NCBI GenBank assembly: GCA_038064495.1 | Contig: JBBTSZ010000002.1 | Span: 480,002 to 544,001, forward strand | Reading direction: 5' to 3' | From: Patescibacteria group bacterium | GTDB lineage: Bacteria; Patescibacteriota; Minisyncoccia; Phycocordibacterales; Phycocordibacteraceae | DNA: 64,000 bases | Shown: one piece after another, positions 48,269 to 58,098 of the stretch | Layout: every line of letters starts with the position of its first letter | How positions within the stretch are numbered: position 1 is the stretch's first letter | Translations under genes and position numbers: made by a program | Notes under the pieces: generated by a model | What the model saw: the letters and a program-made list of their open reading frames with translations, nothing else | What the model was told of the DNA's origin: nothing | Databases searched by the model: none

Positions 48269-51200
48269 ATGAGCAAATTCGTACATTTGCATACGCACAG
48301 CCATTACAGTTTCTTGCAGGCACTCCCGAAAGTGCCAGAACTCGTGAAGGCAGCGAAAGCAGCTGGCATGCCTGCGCTCGGTATTACGGACGCAGGTAAC
48401 CTCCATGCAGGCATAGAATTCTATAAGCAGGCAGAAAAGGCAGGTGTGAAGGCGATACTCGGGGTGGACGCGTACCTTGCACCACGCTCTCGCTTTGATA
48501 AAGAACAAAATGACTCAGCAGGTAAGCGTGCTCGTCTCGTGCTTCTCGCTAAAGACAATGTGGGCTACAAAAATCTTCTTGCCTTGATTACCAAGTCCTT
48601 CACCGAAGGATTTCTGGAGCGACCGCGCATGGACAAGAAACTCCTGCGCGAGCATGCGGAGGGGCTTATCGCCATTCTTCCGTCGTTTGCCGGCGAAGTG
48701 GCTCAACAACTAAAAGCTGGAGACCGGAATGGTGCCTCGGCAGCGCTTGCAGAATACGTAAGTATTTTTGGGAAAGAGAACGTATACCTCGAACTCACCC
48801 ACCATCCAAAGGTAGATGGTCATGAGAAACGCATGAAGCAGATTCGTGAGATTGCAGAAGCAGCAACCGTGAAAGTGGTTGCACAACACGATGTGTACTA
48901 CTTGAAGCCAGAAGACCGCGAAGCAACTGAAGTCATGCGTCGCATTCAACACGGGGGTGAGCGGAGTGCGAACGAAGAAGAAGACTTTTCGTTTGTGACC
49001 GAGAAACAAATGCTTGCGTGGTTTACCGATATACCTGAAGCAGTGTATGAAAGCGGCGCTATCGCGGAACGCTGCAATGTCACACTCAACCTCGGAAGCT
49101 GGAACTTCCCTGCCGTTCCAAGGGAACCCGGCAAGACCTATGAGGAAACGCTGCGAGAAAAGACGTATGCAGGTATCAAGGAACGGAACCTAGAGGAAAC
49201 GGACGAAGTGAAAGAACGCATTGAGTACGAGCTTGGCGTCATTATCGGAAAAGGATTTGCGCCCTACTTTCTTGCCGTGTCTGACCTCCTCCAACACGCA
49301 AAAGAAAAAGGAATCCTCACAACAACCCGTGGTTCTGCGGCAGGCTCCCTCGTGTCCTATCTAAACGGCATCACAAACGTGGACCCCTTGTTCTACAAAC
49401 TCCCCTTTGAACGCTTCCTGAATCCGGAACGTCCCAAGGCCCCTGATATTGATATGGACTTCGCCGATAACCGGCGTGACGAAATGATTGCGTATGCAAA
49501 AGAAAAATACGGTGAGGACCACGTCGCTCAAATCGGTACGTTCGGCACCCTTATGGCGCGCGCGGCGGTGCGTGACGTATCACGCGCACTCGGGCACGCG
49601 TACCGAACCGGAGACCAGATTGCAAAACTGATTCCCCTTGGTAGCCAGGGTTTTCCGATGACAATTGAACACGCACTTGAACTTGAGCCAGAGCTGAAAT
49701 CGCTTTATGAGGAAGACGATGATGTGCGTCAGATTATTGACCTTGCCCGGCGTATTGAGGGCTGTGTCCGCCACACGGGAGTGCACGCCGCTGGCGTCGT
49801 GATTGCACCAACACCGCTTTCCGAGTGGACACCGCTTCAAGTGGACCAGAAGACCGGAAAACTCATTACGCAGTACGACATGCATGCGGTTGAGGACGCC
49901 GGCCTTCTGAAGTTTGATTTCCTTGGCATTAAAAACCTCGCCATTCTTGCTGACGCCATCACTCGCGTGCGCGAATCAAAGGGAATTGAAGTTGATATTG
50001 AAAATATTCCCCTTGATGACACGACCACGTTTGCCATGCTCGCTCGTGGTGAGACGGAGGGCACCTTTCAGTTGAACGGCTCCGGCATGACCCGCTATCT
50101 GAAGGAACTGCGTCCGAACACAATTCATGACATTAACGCCATGGTGGCGCTCTACCGACCAGGTCCGATGGAAACAATTCCCCAGTACATTGAGCGTAAG
50201 GCGAACCCAAAACTCATCCGCTATATTGATGACCGCATGGCGGAGTACCTTGATGCGTCCTACGGACTTCTCGTATACCAAGATGACGTGCTTCTGACTG
50301 CCATCACCCTTGGCGGCTACACATGGCTTGAGGCGGACACGCTTCGTAAAGCTATGGGTAAGAAGATTCCGGAGGAAATGGAGGCACAGAAAGAAAAGCT
50401 TACCCGGGGCTTCCAAGAGTTTGGAAAGATTTCAAAAGAAAAGAGTAACCAGCTGTGGAAGTTGATTGAACCCTTTGCGGCGTACGGATTCAACAAGGCG
50501 CATGCCGCCTGTTACGGGAAGGTGGCATATCAGACTGCCTATATGAAGGCGAACTTCCCTGTTGAGTACATGGCGGCGGTCCTTACGGCTGATGCCGGCG
50601 ATACCGATTCTATTTCAGTCTTCGTGGCTGAGTGTGAACGTATGAAGATTCCGGTCCTTCCGCCAGACATTAATGAGAGTGGGAGTGACTTTACGGTTGC
50701 GGGAGATGCGGGCGACACCATCCGCTTTGGACTTACGTCCATTAAAAACTTTGGAGAGGGAAGTGCGGAGTCTTTGATTGAGGAACGGAAAGCACACAGT
50801 CCCTACACGTCGCTTTCCGATTTCCTTTCCAGGCAAAAAGGACGCTCCGTGAATCGTAAGTCGCTTGAGTCACTCATTAAGGCAGGTGCGCTTGATCGTT
50901 TTGGTGAGCGCACCCACCTGCTCGTGCATATTGAACAGCTTCTCGCGTTTCACCGAGACGCGACCGTAGAGGCTCCGCAAGATTCTCTTTTTGGTGCAGG
51001 ACATTTTGCACAGCCCGAACTCACCCTCCCTGAAAACAAAACTCCAACCTCCCTTTCGGACAAACTGGCGTGGGAAAAAGAATTGCTTGGTATCTATGTA
51101 TCTGGTCATCCGCTTGATAGTCACCACGCCACTTCTGAAAAAGCGCTTGTAACTATTGCTGGCATGAAGGCCGACCCCAAGCCCGGACTTCCCTTTATTA

Positions 51201-51430
51201 TTCCAGTCCTCGTGCGCGATGTGCGCACGATTCTCACGAAGTCGGGCGAAAAGATGGCCTTCATTAATTTTGAAGACAAGTCAACGAGCATTGAGGGAGT
51301 GATGTTTCCGAAACTCTTTAAGGAAAAAGGTTCGCTCGTTGCGCCCGGCGCATGCGTCCTCATTAAGGCAACCTCCTCCGTCCGTAATGGCGAACTTACA
51401 CTCGCTCTTGAGAACGTAAAGGCACTATAG
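48269..51430 (+). CDS. dnaE: DNA polymerase III alpha subunit
   Basis: 'FVHLHTHSHYS', 'RGSAAGS', 'FERFLNPER..PDIDMD', 'KFDFLG', 'YGFNKAH'. Confidence 0.98.
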   Translation: MSKFVHLHTHSHYSFLQALPKVPELVKAAKAAGMPALGITDAGNLHAGIEFYKQAEKAGVKAILGVDAYLAPRSRFDKEQNDSAGKRARLVLLAKDNVGYKNLLALITKSFTEGFLERPRMDKKLLREHAEGLIAILPSFAGEVAQQLKAGDRNGASAALAEYVSIFGKENVYLELTHHPKVDGHEKRMKQIREIAEAATVKVVAQHDVYYLKPEDREATEVMRRIQHGGERSANEEEDFSFVTEKQMLAWFTDIPEAVYESGAIAERCNVTLNLGSWNFPAVPREPGKTYEETLREKTYAGIKERNLEETDEVKERIEYELGVIIGKGFAPYFLAVSDLLQHAKEKGILTTTRGSAAGSLVSYLNGITNVDPLFYKLPFERFLNPERPKAPDIDMDFADNRRDEMIAYAKEKYGEDHVAQIGTFGTLMARAAVRDVSRALGHAYRTGDQIAKLIPLGSQGFPMTIEHALELEPELKSLYEEDDDVRQIIDLARRIEGCVRHTGVHAAGVVIAPTPLSEWTPLQVDQKTGKLITQYDMHAVEDAGLLKFDFLGIKNLAILADAITRVRESKGIEVDIENIPLDDTTTFAMLARGETEGTFQLNGSGMTRYLKELRPNTIHDINAMVALYRPGPMETIPQYIERKANPKLIRYIDDRMAEYLDASYGLLVYQDDVLLTAITLGGYTWLEADTLRKAMGKKIPEEMEAQKEKLTRGFQEFGKISKEKSNQLWKLIEPFAAYGFNKAHAACYGKVAYQTAYMKANFPVEYMAAVLTADAGDTDSISVFVAECERMKIPVLPPDINESGSDFTVAGDAGDTIRFGLTSIKNFGEGSAESLIEERKAHSPYTSLSDFLSRQKGRSVNRKSLESLIKAGALDRFGERTHLLVHIEQLLAFHRDATVEAPQDSLFGAGHFAQPELTLPENKTPTSLSDKLAWEKELLGIYVSGHPLDSHHATSEKALVTIAGMKADPKPGLPFIIPVLVRDVRTILTKSGEKMAFINFEDKSTSIEGVMFPKLFKEKGSLVAPGACVLIKATSSVRNGELTLALENVKAL

Positions 51431-51478
51431 ACAAAAAAGGGCGTGTGTGGTGTACTTTCTTCAGAAAAGGAGGAGTTG

Positions 51479-51889
51479 ATGGCAAAGAGAACAAGCGTGC
51501 CTCCGGGCATGAAGGAAATACCAGTACCAAAAGGGTTGTTCATTGGTTCAACAGAAGAGCGTATCGAAAACTTCATCGGCGCCTGCATCAGGGTATATCT
51601 TGCGCCGAGCACCACATCGATGAAGGAGATTGACCAAGAATATGAGGAATTCACGGCTGAGGAACGAGCATTACTTAACCTCCGCGATTTGCTCCGGCAG
51701 GCCAGCTTCGTGGATATAGCTGTCTGGCTTTTTCCAGACCGGATAAAGAAGTGGGTCGCACACCGGCGCGCACATATTGCAAATGAGATGATTCAGAAAG
51801 CCTCTAGGCTTCGGGTGGACATCAAATGCGGGCGCGTCCGTCGTCCCAAGCACGTGAATCCGGGAACGATCGTTGTGCCCACACAGTGA
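51479..51889 (+). CDS. Hypothetical protein (orphan cassette)
   Basis: AAGGAGGAG SD; TAGACA-N17-TGTACT; terminator at ~51894-51922. Confidence 0.65.
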   Translation: MAKRTSVPPGMKEIPVPKGLFIGSTEERIENFIGACIRVYLAPSTTSMKEIDQEYEEFTAEERALLNLRDLLRQASFVDIAVWLFPDRIKKWVAHRRAHIANEMIQKASRLRVDIKCGRVRRPKHVNPGTIVVPTQ

Positions 51890-51976
51890 ACCCAAACGGC
51901 GGCCCTTTGGGGCCGCCGTTTTCTATGTCATACCCCACTTACGTAAATCCGGTCTGCTCTGTATACTCACTACTAC

Positions 51977-53719
51977 ATGGCCTCACTCGAGGAGAAACGT
52001 CATACGCTCGCCCACCTGCTCGCCGCAGCGGTGCTGGAGCGCTACCCGAACGCGAAAACAACGATTGGCCCAGCCGTTGATAACGGGTTTTACTACGACT
52101 TTGATTTCTCCGGTGGCGAAGCTCCAAAAGAAGCTGACTTGGCTTCCCTTGAAGAAGTGATGCGTGAACTTCTTTCCTCCTGGAATGAAATGACCGGCAC
52201 TGAGGTGTCTGAGAAAGATGCGCGAGACCGTTTTAATGCAAACGAATACAAGCGAGAGATTATTGATGGCATCGTAGCCGCGAATGAGACTATTACGCTC
52301 TATACCGCTGGCAACTTCACGGACCTGTGTCGTGGTGGACACGCAGAGAATCCCAATCACGAAGTGAAGGCAGACTCCTTCACGCTTGACCGTATCGCGG
52401 GTGCGTATTGGCGTGGCGACGAGACGAAACCAATGCTCACGCGCATCTACGGACTCGCCTTTGATACGAAAGCGGAACTGGAAGCCTATAAAGAACAGCA
52501 GGAAGAAGCGAAGAAGCGTGACCACAAGAAACTTGGCCGTGAACTTGATCTCTTTGTGTTCTCAGAACTCGTAGGTCCAGGACTTCCCCTCTTCACCCCA
52601 AAAGGAACAATGGTAAGAGACCTGCTCGATGAATTTGTATGGGAACTCCGTAAGCCGTATGGTTATGAAAAAGTAGAGATTCCACACATCACGAAAAAAG
52701 ACCTGTATGAGACGTCAGGTCACTGGGACAAATTTAAAGACGAACTGTTCCGTATCACAACTCGTGAGGGACACGAATTTGCGATGAAGCCGATGAACTG
52801 TCCGCACCATACACAAATCTACGCTCGTAAGCAGTGGAGCTACCGTGAACTTCCCCAGCGTTACAGCAATACGACGACGTGTTATCGGGATGAACAATCA
52901 GGTGAACTCTCCGGCCTATCTCGTGTTCGGGCATTCTCTCAAGACGACGCGCACGTGTTCTGTCGCGTAGCGGATGTAAAAACAGAATTCCTTAAGGTCT
53001 GGGATATTATTCATGCGTTTTATCCAACGTTTGGATTTGACCTACAAGTTCGTTTTTCTACCCATGACCCCGAGCATCCAGAAAACTATCTTGGTGATCC
53101 ATCGGTATGGAATACAGCTGAAGCAGTGCTCGCAGAAGTTCTTGAAGAGAAACAGATTGAAGCAATTCCGGGTCTTGGTGAAGCGGCTTTTTACGGTCCG
53201 AAGCTTGATTTTATTGCCAAGGATTCACTCGGCCGAAGCTGGCAGGTAGCAACCATTCAGCTTGATATGAATCAGCCTGAGCGCTTTGACCTCACCTGTA
53301 TTAATGAGGAAGGTAAGAAGGAACGTATCGTGATGATTCACGCAGCCATTATGGGTTCTATCGAACGCTTCCTTTCCATCCTTATTGAACACACTGCAGG
53401 AAATCTCCCCGTATGGCTCTCACCGGTCCAAGTGCGCGTGCTTCCCGTTTCAGATAAACAAGCGGAGTATGCGGCTTCGGTAGCTACTTCCTTACAGACT
53501 TCAGGTGTGCGTGCTGATGCAGATATGTCGAACGAATCTCTTGGTAAGAAAATCCGTGCTGCGAAAACAGAGAAGATTCCCTACCTACTCGTTGTAGGTG
53601 ACACGGAGATAGCTGACAGTACCGTCACCGTTGAAATGCGTTCTGGAGAAAAGATGGGTGCCCTTTCGCTTCAAGACTTCGCTGACCGTATCACTAAGGA
53701 GATTCAGGAGCGCGCGTAA
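51977..53719 (+). CDS. thrS: Threonine--tRNA ligase
   Basis: 'RHTLAH', 'DLCRGGH', 'KPMNCP', 'QDDAH', 'AAFYGPK', 'IHAAIMGSIERF'. Confidence 0.98.
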   Translation: MASLEEKRHTLAHLLAAAVLERYPNAKTTIGPAVDNGFYYDFDFSGGEAPKEADLASLEEVMRELLSSWNEMTGTEVSEKDARDRFNANEYKREIIDGIVAANETITLYTAGNFTDLCRGGHAENPNHEVKADSFTLDRIAGAYWRGDETKPMLTRIYGLAFDTKAELEAYKEQQEEAKKRDHKKLGRELDLFVFSELVGPGLPLFTPKGTMVRDLLDEFVWELRKPYGYEKVEIPHITKKDLYETSGHWDKFKDELFRITTREGHEFAMKPMNCPHHTQIYARKQWSYRELPQRYSNTTTCYRDEQSGELSGLSRVRAFSQDDAHVFCRVADVKTEFLKVWDIIHAFYPTFGFDLQVRFSTHDPEHPENYLGDPSVWNTAEAVLAEVLEEKQIEAIPGLGEAAFYGPKLDFIAKDSLGRSWQVATIQLDMNQPERFDLTCINEEGKKERIVMIHAAIMGSIERFLSILIEHTAGNLPVWLSPVQVRVLPVSDKQAEYAASVATSLQTSGVRADADMSNESLGKKIRAAKTEKIPYLLVVGDTEIADSTVTVEMRSGEKMGALSLQDFADRITKEIQERA

Positions 53720-53732
53720 CTCTACAAATAGC

Positions 53733-53764
53733 AAAGGCCCGGATGCATGCATCCGGGCCTTTTT
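53733..53764. terminator. Bidirectional terminator after thrS
   Basis: AAAGGCCCGGATGCATGCATCCGGGCCTTTTT. Confidence 0.75.
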
Positions 53765-53780
53765 GAATCGGCAAAAGAGC

Positions 53781-53936
53781 TTATTGATAGGTCGCGAACG
53801 TCAAAACAATGCCGTATATCAGAGCAACAACAACGACGAGGCGAAGACAGTACGCGGGCCAGCCCAGTTCCCGTCCCGGTTGCGTGAGCTCATCCGTATT
53901 TCTACTTGGACTTTTATCTCTCCAATTCTTGCCCAT
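53781..53936 (-). CDS. Small single-TM protein
   Basis: GAGGAGG SD before ATG 53936; C-terminal hydrophobic helix; flanked by terminators. Confidence 0.55.
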   Translation of the reverse strand: MGKNWRDKSPSRNTDELTQPGRELGWPAYCLRLVVVVALIYGIVLTFATYQ

Positions 53937-54042
53937 ACGTTCCTCCTCTGTTGTCCTAGGCTGGAGTATGTCACTTGGGTGTACCAAAAGCAAAAGCCGA
54001 GACTGAATAGTCTCGGCTTTTGCTTAAACGTCCGTAGAGGAA

Positions 54043-56091
54043 TTATCCTTCAATCGTATGGAGTGCACGCGTGAGTGCGAGCTTTACTCCGGTAACGCCT
54101 GCTGAGTAGCGAGCATCAACCGCCGTTGAGAGTGACTCAATAAGTCGCTCAAGAAACGATGGTGAGCAATCTACACAGATGCGTGCAATTTCAGGATGGA
54201 CCTTGGTGCCATCAAGTTTTGCCCGGTAGGCATCATCAAGCGCAACAATGACATGCGAAAGGAACGCCTCAGCATCGCCACCTGCCTGATTGATACTGCG
54301 AACCATCTTGAAGACCGTCTCCTTCTCGCCTGCCATGAGCGCGGTGAGAAATGCCGGCACGTCTGAAGGAGTTTCCTTTGCGACATGCGGTGCATGCTCA
54401 ACCACAGGTACCTGGTGAATTGATACAGCGACTGGAGCTGGAGCGACAGGAATAACGGGTAGCTCTTCCTCACGAGAGAGTCCCTTCACAATGTCTTCAA
54501 TAGACAGTGCGCGTTCCTCACCTGCGAATGATTTGAATCCTTCGTAGGAACTGTGGGTTGTGCGCGTCGTGACCGGAGCACTCACGGCATGCACCATTGG
54601 TGTCGTGTGCGCAACCGTATGCGCTACGGGACGATGTACCGATGTATTTTCTACAACGTGCGTACTCTGGCCAGTCACCTTTTTAAAGGCAACCGGAAGG
54701 GCTCCGAAGAGGATGAGATAGGCAAGAGCGAGGCTCCAGAGGATAAGCATGAGCCAGTAGATGGCGGTGCCGATCGGACCAAGATCAAGACCGGTGTATG
54801 GAAGATCTGAGAGATAGACGTACGAGAGTGGCTGATCTGGTGGACTTGGAAGCTGCGTTAGTGACACGTGCGGGTTGTTGCTCGTACTTCCATGACGGAC
54901 ACGCACTTCAAGTGTTGCTGAACAAGAAATGATTTGACCATTGTATCCGTAGAAGGTTCCTTCGTAACGATAGGTGCCTCGCCCGGGTGACACGGTGCGT
55001 GAACCAGTTTGGCCGGTGTAGCCACCACCGTTACTAATGTAGACCTGGCGAACGTTTTCGCTACCCCACGTAAGTTCAGCATCGTCACCGTCATAAATAG
55101 TTGAAGGGCTCACACTCATGCGGCAGGTAGGACCAACGGAAGGTGTGTCTACCGATACGCTTGTTGTACACGTAACTGTTCCACCAGCGCCTGTGGCGGT
55201 GAGGGTGTAATTCGTAGAAACAGATGGACTCACACTACGAGAACCATCCTGCGCTACTGCACCAATACCCCGGTCAATGCTGACACTGGTTGCGTTACTC
55301 GTGTTCCAAACGAGCGTACTGACTCCACCAGTTGAAATGCTGTTTGGCGACGCTGAAAGCGTACACGTTGGTGCGTTTGGTGGAGGTGGTGGTGTATTCG
55401 TTACCGTAATTGGTGCAGAACAATAAACCGTACCCCCAGGGCCAAATGCCGTGAGCGTATACGTTGTTGAGTTGTTTGGTGAAACGGTGCGAACACCTGA
55501 GGTCCCGACACCGCCAATTCCGTTATTGATGGAAACTGACGTTGCATTACTGGTGGTCCACGAAAGAGTGCTACTACCTCCCCGCTCGAGTACCTGTGGG
55601 TTTACCGTGAGCGTACACGTTGGTGCGTTTGGTGGCGGGGGCGGGGGTGGAAGTGTCGTGACGGTGACGGTTGTTGAACAATTCGTACTACCTCCAACAC
55701 CCGTAACGGTCATAGTGTACGTTGTCGTTTGAGTTGGAACGACGGTACGGGCACCGCTACCTGTGCCGACTGAACCGATACCTTGGTTGATTGTTGCACT
55801 TGTCGCATTATTCGTGGTCCAAGAAATCGTAGAAGCACCGCCAAGCGTAACCGAGCTTGGATTTGAAGAGAGAGAACAGACTGGGGGTGGAACGAGTACG
55901 GGCGGAATGATTGGTGGTGGAGGTACCACGCAGCATGGCGGACCAACGATGATGGCATGCACCGACTGTGGCGTGACGAATCCTCCAGCGAAGGCCATGC
56001 CCACACCGATTGCAAACACCGACACCACGGTGAATACACCGGTCAATACCGGTCGGTTCTTGGTTTCTGAAATTGTTTCGATGCTGTTCAT
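54043..56091 (-). CDS. Surface protein with four Ig/PKD-like repeats, an LPYTG sorting motif, a TM and a ~215-aa cytoplasmic tail
   Basis: Repeats 'PTCTL..P.....G.STL.W.TSNAT.V.I..G.G.V...G.R.VSP....YTLTA.G.GG...C' separated by Pro linkers; LPYTG at 54790-54804. Confidence 0.85.
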   Translation of the reverse strand: MNSIETISETKNRPVLTGVFTVVSVFAIGVGMAFAGGFVTPQSVHAIIVGPPCCVVPPPPIIPPVLVPPPVCSLSSNPSSVTLGGASTISWTTNNATSATINQGIGSVGTGSGARTVVPTQTTTYTMTVTGVGGSTNCSTTVTVTTLPPPPPPPNAPTCTLTVNPQVLERGGSSTLSWTTSNATSVSINNGIGGVGTSGVRTVSPNNSTTYTLTAFGPGGTVYCSAPITVTNTPPPPPNAPTCTLSASPNSISTGGVSTLVWNTSNATSVSIDRGIGAVAQDGSRSVSPSVSTNYTLTATGAGGTVTCTTSVSVDTPSVGPTCRMSVSPSTIYDGDDAELTWGSENVRQVYISNGGGYTGQTGSRTVSPGRGTYRYEGTFYGYNGQIISCSATLEVRVRHGSTSNNPHVSLTQLPSPPDQPLSYVYLSDLPYTGLDLGPIGTAIYWLMLILWSLALAYLILFGALPVAFKKVTGQSTHVVENTSVHRPVAHTVAHTTPMVHAVSAPVTTRTTHSSYEGFKSFAGEERALSIEDIVKGLSREEELPVIPVAPAPVAVSIHQVPVVEHAPHVAKETPSDVPAFLTALMAGEKETVFKMVRSINQAGGDAEAFLSHVIVALDDAYRAKLDGTKVHPEIARICVDCSPSFLERLIESLSTAVDARYSAGVTGVKLALTRALHTIEG

Positions 56092-56223
56092 AGTGATTTC
56101 TTCTAACGCTTGTAAGTAATGAGTAACAAATAAAATGCCCCAGCCACAGAGTGGGGTATGAAAAAGGGGAGGTTCCTAAGCGGGTGCGAACACCCGCTTA
56201 GGATTTTGAGAAGTGAGTGCACC

Positions 56224-57228
56224 TTACGGGAACGGTCGGAAGTCCCAGGGCAGAAGATCTGCCCTCTTATTCCATTCAGTTCCTGATCGGTTCTCCCGGT
56301 AATCCTCCCACGAGGTAACACCTTGGCTGCGAGAGTGTAGGCGACCTGTCCGTTCAAGACAGAACGCTACAATCATTTCCTGCGCAGGTGTAGCTGCCTC
56401 ATGCGGAACGCGAACGATATACTCGCCCGTTTCCGTAATTGGGATGCTCGCAGCACCCTGGATGTCCTTGCGGTAAAACGGCACGAGTCGCCTCATGTCG
56501 CAATACTGCGGACAATAGGCATCCATGTTGCGATAGATCGTGTCATTCGGACCTTTGTAGGCCCAACACCGATCCTCTACATCCACAGTGCCGTTGCGAT
56601 ATATACCAACCATCACGCGAAGGTCGCCACGATTCACATCCGCTTGGAAGTGAATCTCGTCGCAATCTGCACGAACAGGTGCAGCGAGCGCACGGTATTT
56701 GCCGAGACTCGGGTTCGCGCAATGCGCGAACATCACGAACTTACCGGTCTCGGGATTAATCCACTTCGCCTCACCTTTCTTCAGCGTCCGGTGCACGCAC
56801 TGGATGATGAAGGTGAAGGTTGAACCGCTCGGGACCATACATGCCGACCAGTATTCCTCTTTGTCGGTTGCCGTAACAGCAACCAAGGAACGCAGATAGG
56901 CGGGCAGGTCGGCAAGCGAATTGAGGTGCGTCGTTTTCGGGTCGACAATCTTCAATGCTCCGAAGAGCGCCGAAAGGGTGCCGCACGCACGTTTCCGTGC
57001 GTCCGAACGTGCGCATTTTTCCGGCTCTAGCAGCGAGCTTTCGCCCTTGCCACCTGCAAGTGCACGTTCAACTTTGACCGCCAAGTCGCGAGGCGACTGA
57101 TTATCTAGGCTGAATGATAGGTGCGGGTGGTGTACTTTCGCCGTTTTGGTTGGTGATGCAGCCGAAGCTGTATGTCCTCCCACTGCCGTAATCAGCAGCG
57201 CGAGGGCGACGAGCCAAACTTTGCTCAT
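56224..57228 (-). CDS. Secreted Cys-rich hypothetical protein
   Basis: Signal peptide 'MSKVWLVALALL..ASA', about 10 Cys, GGGGAG SD, terminator at ~56174-56207. Confidence 0.75.
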   Translation of the reverse strand: MSKVWLVALALLITAVGGHTASAASPTKTAKVHHPHLSFSLDNQSPRDLAVKVERALAGGKGESSLLEPEKCARSDARKRACGTLSALFGALKIVDPKTTHLNSLADLPAYLRSLVAVTATDKEEYWSACMVPSGSTFTFIIQCVHRTLKKGEAKWINPETGKFVMFAHCANPSLGKYRALAAPVRADCDEIHFQADVNRGDLRVMVGIYRNGTVDVEDRCWAYKGPNDTIYRNMDAYCPQYCDMRRLVPFYRKDIQGAASIPITETGEYIVRVPHEAATPAQEMIVAFCLERTGRLHSRSQGVTSWEDYRENRSGTEWNKRADLLPWDFRPFP

Positions 57229-57330
57229 TCTCTTAACTCCCCTATAGCGCCGCTCCGAAATGGAACGGCTTTGGTTGAAGGAACAACTCTCTTTCTCTTT
57301 GTGTTTGCAAAGAGTTAGCCGAAAACGAAC

Positions 57331-57987
57331 CTAGTTCGTTACAGGGTAACTCCCAACAAGCTTTGCAATGACCACGAACCGGTCGCTCTTGCTCGCAAAC
57401 GAATCACAGGTCACGAGCGTGAGCTTATTACCGGAGACGGACAAGGGGATGCCATCTTTCTTGGCAGAGGCACTTGCGACGGTCTCCACGGCGTAGATAT
57501 AGACGCGGTCCTTGCCCGTGACGAGGATTTGGTCCCCGGTCTTCAGGTTCTGAATCCCGTCAAAGGTCTTGAACGCCTGGTTGTGGACGACCGGCAAGTA
57601 GCTTGAATGGCCAAACATGACCACGTTCGCTCCCGGCGTACCAAGAAGACCTGAGGTTGGATAGCGCACCGCGCCAACCAACAGATTTTGATCAAGCACC
57701 GCTGGATCTGCGGTCGTTGGATTTGCAACGCTCGCAACCAAGTTGATGCTTGGAATCTGAATCTTTGTTGGAAACTCGCCGGGCACTTTTGCCGTTGCGC
57801 TTGCAATCGGTCCTGTTGCACTGGCGGTGTCCGTAAGCGTCGTGCTGTTTGGGACCAGGTCAAAGAAACCGAGCACAATAAACGAACTCAAAAAAACGAA
57901 TAGGGTAAGGCCGAGGAAGCTCCACTTCCTCTCAAGAATTGGTGAGCTGCCCTTACGGGAGCTCAAACTATGGTTGTTTCCTGGCAT
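57331..57987 (-). CDS. Sortase
   Basis: N-terminal TM; catalytic His 'FGHSS', Cys 'LTLVTC' and Arg 'SDRFVV'. Confidence 0.9.
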   Translation of the reverse strand: MPGNNHSLSSRKGSSPILERKWSFLGLTLFVFLSSFIVLGFFDLVPNSTTLTDTASATGPIASATAKVPGEFPTKIQIPSINLVASVANPTTADPAVLDQNLLVGAVRYPTSGLLGTPGANVVMFGHSSYLPVVHNQAFKTFDGIQNLKTGDQILVTGKDRVYIYAVETVASASAKKDGIPLSVSGNKLTLVTCDSFASKSDRFVVIAKLVGSYPVTN

Positions 57988-58098
57988 ATCGTCCTACTAA
58001 CAAATACACCATAAACTGCGTACTGTCAAGTCTTACGACCCGCCACCTCCCAAGGAGAGGTTTGACAAAAAATAAACAGTGTGGTAAACAGGTGCTAT

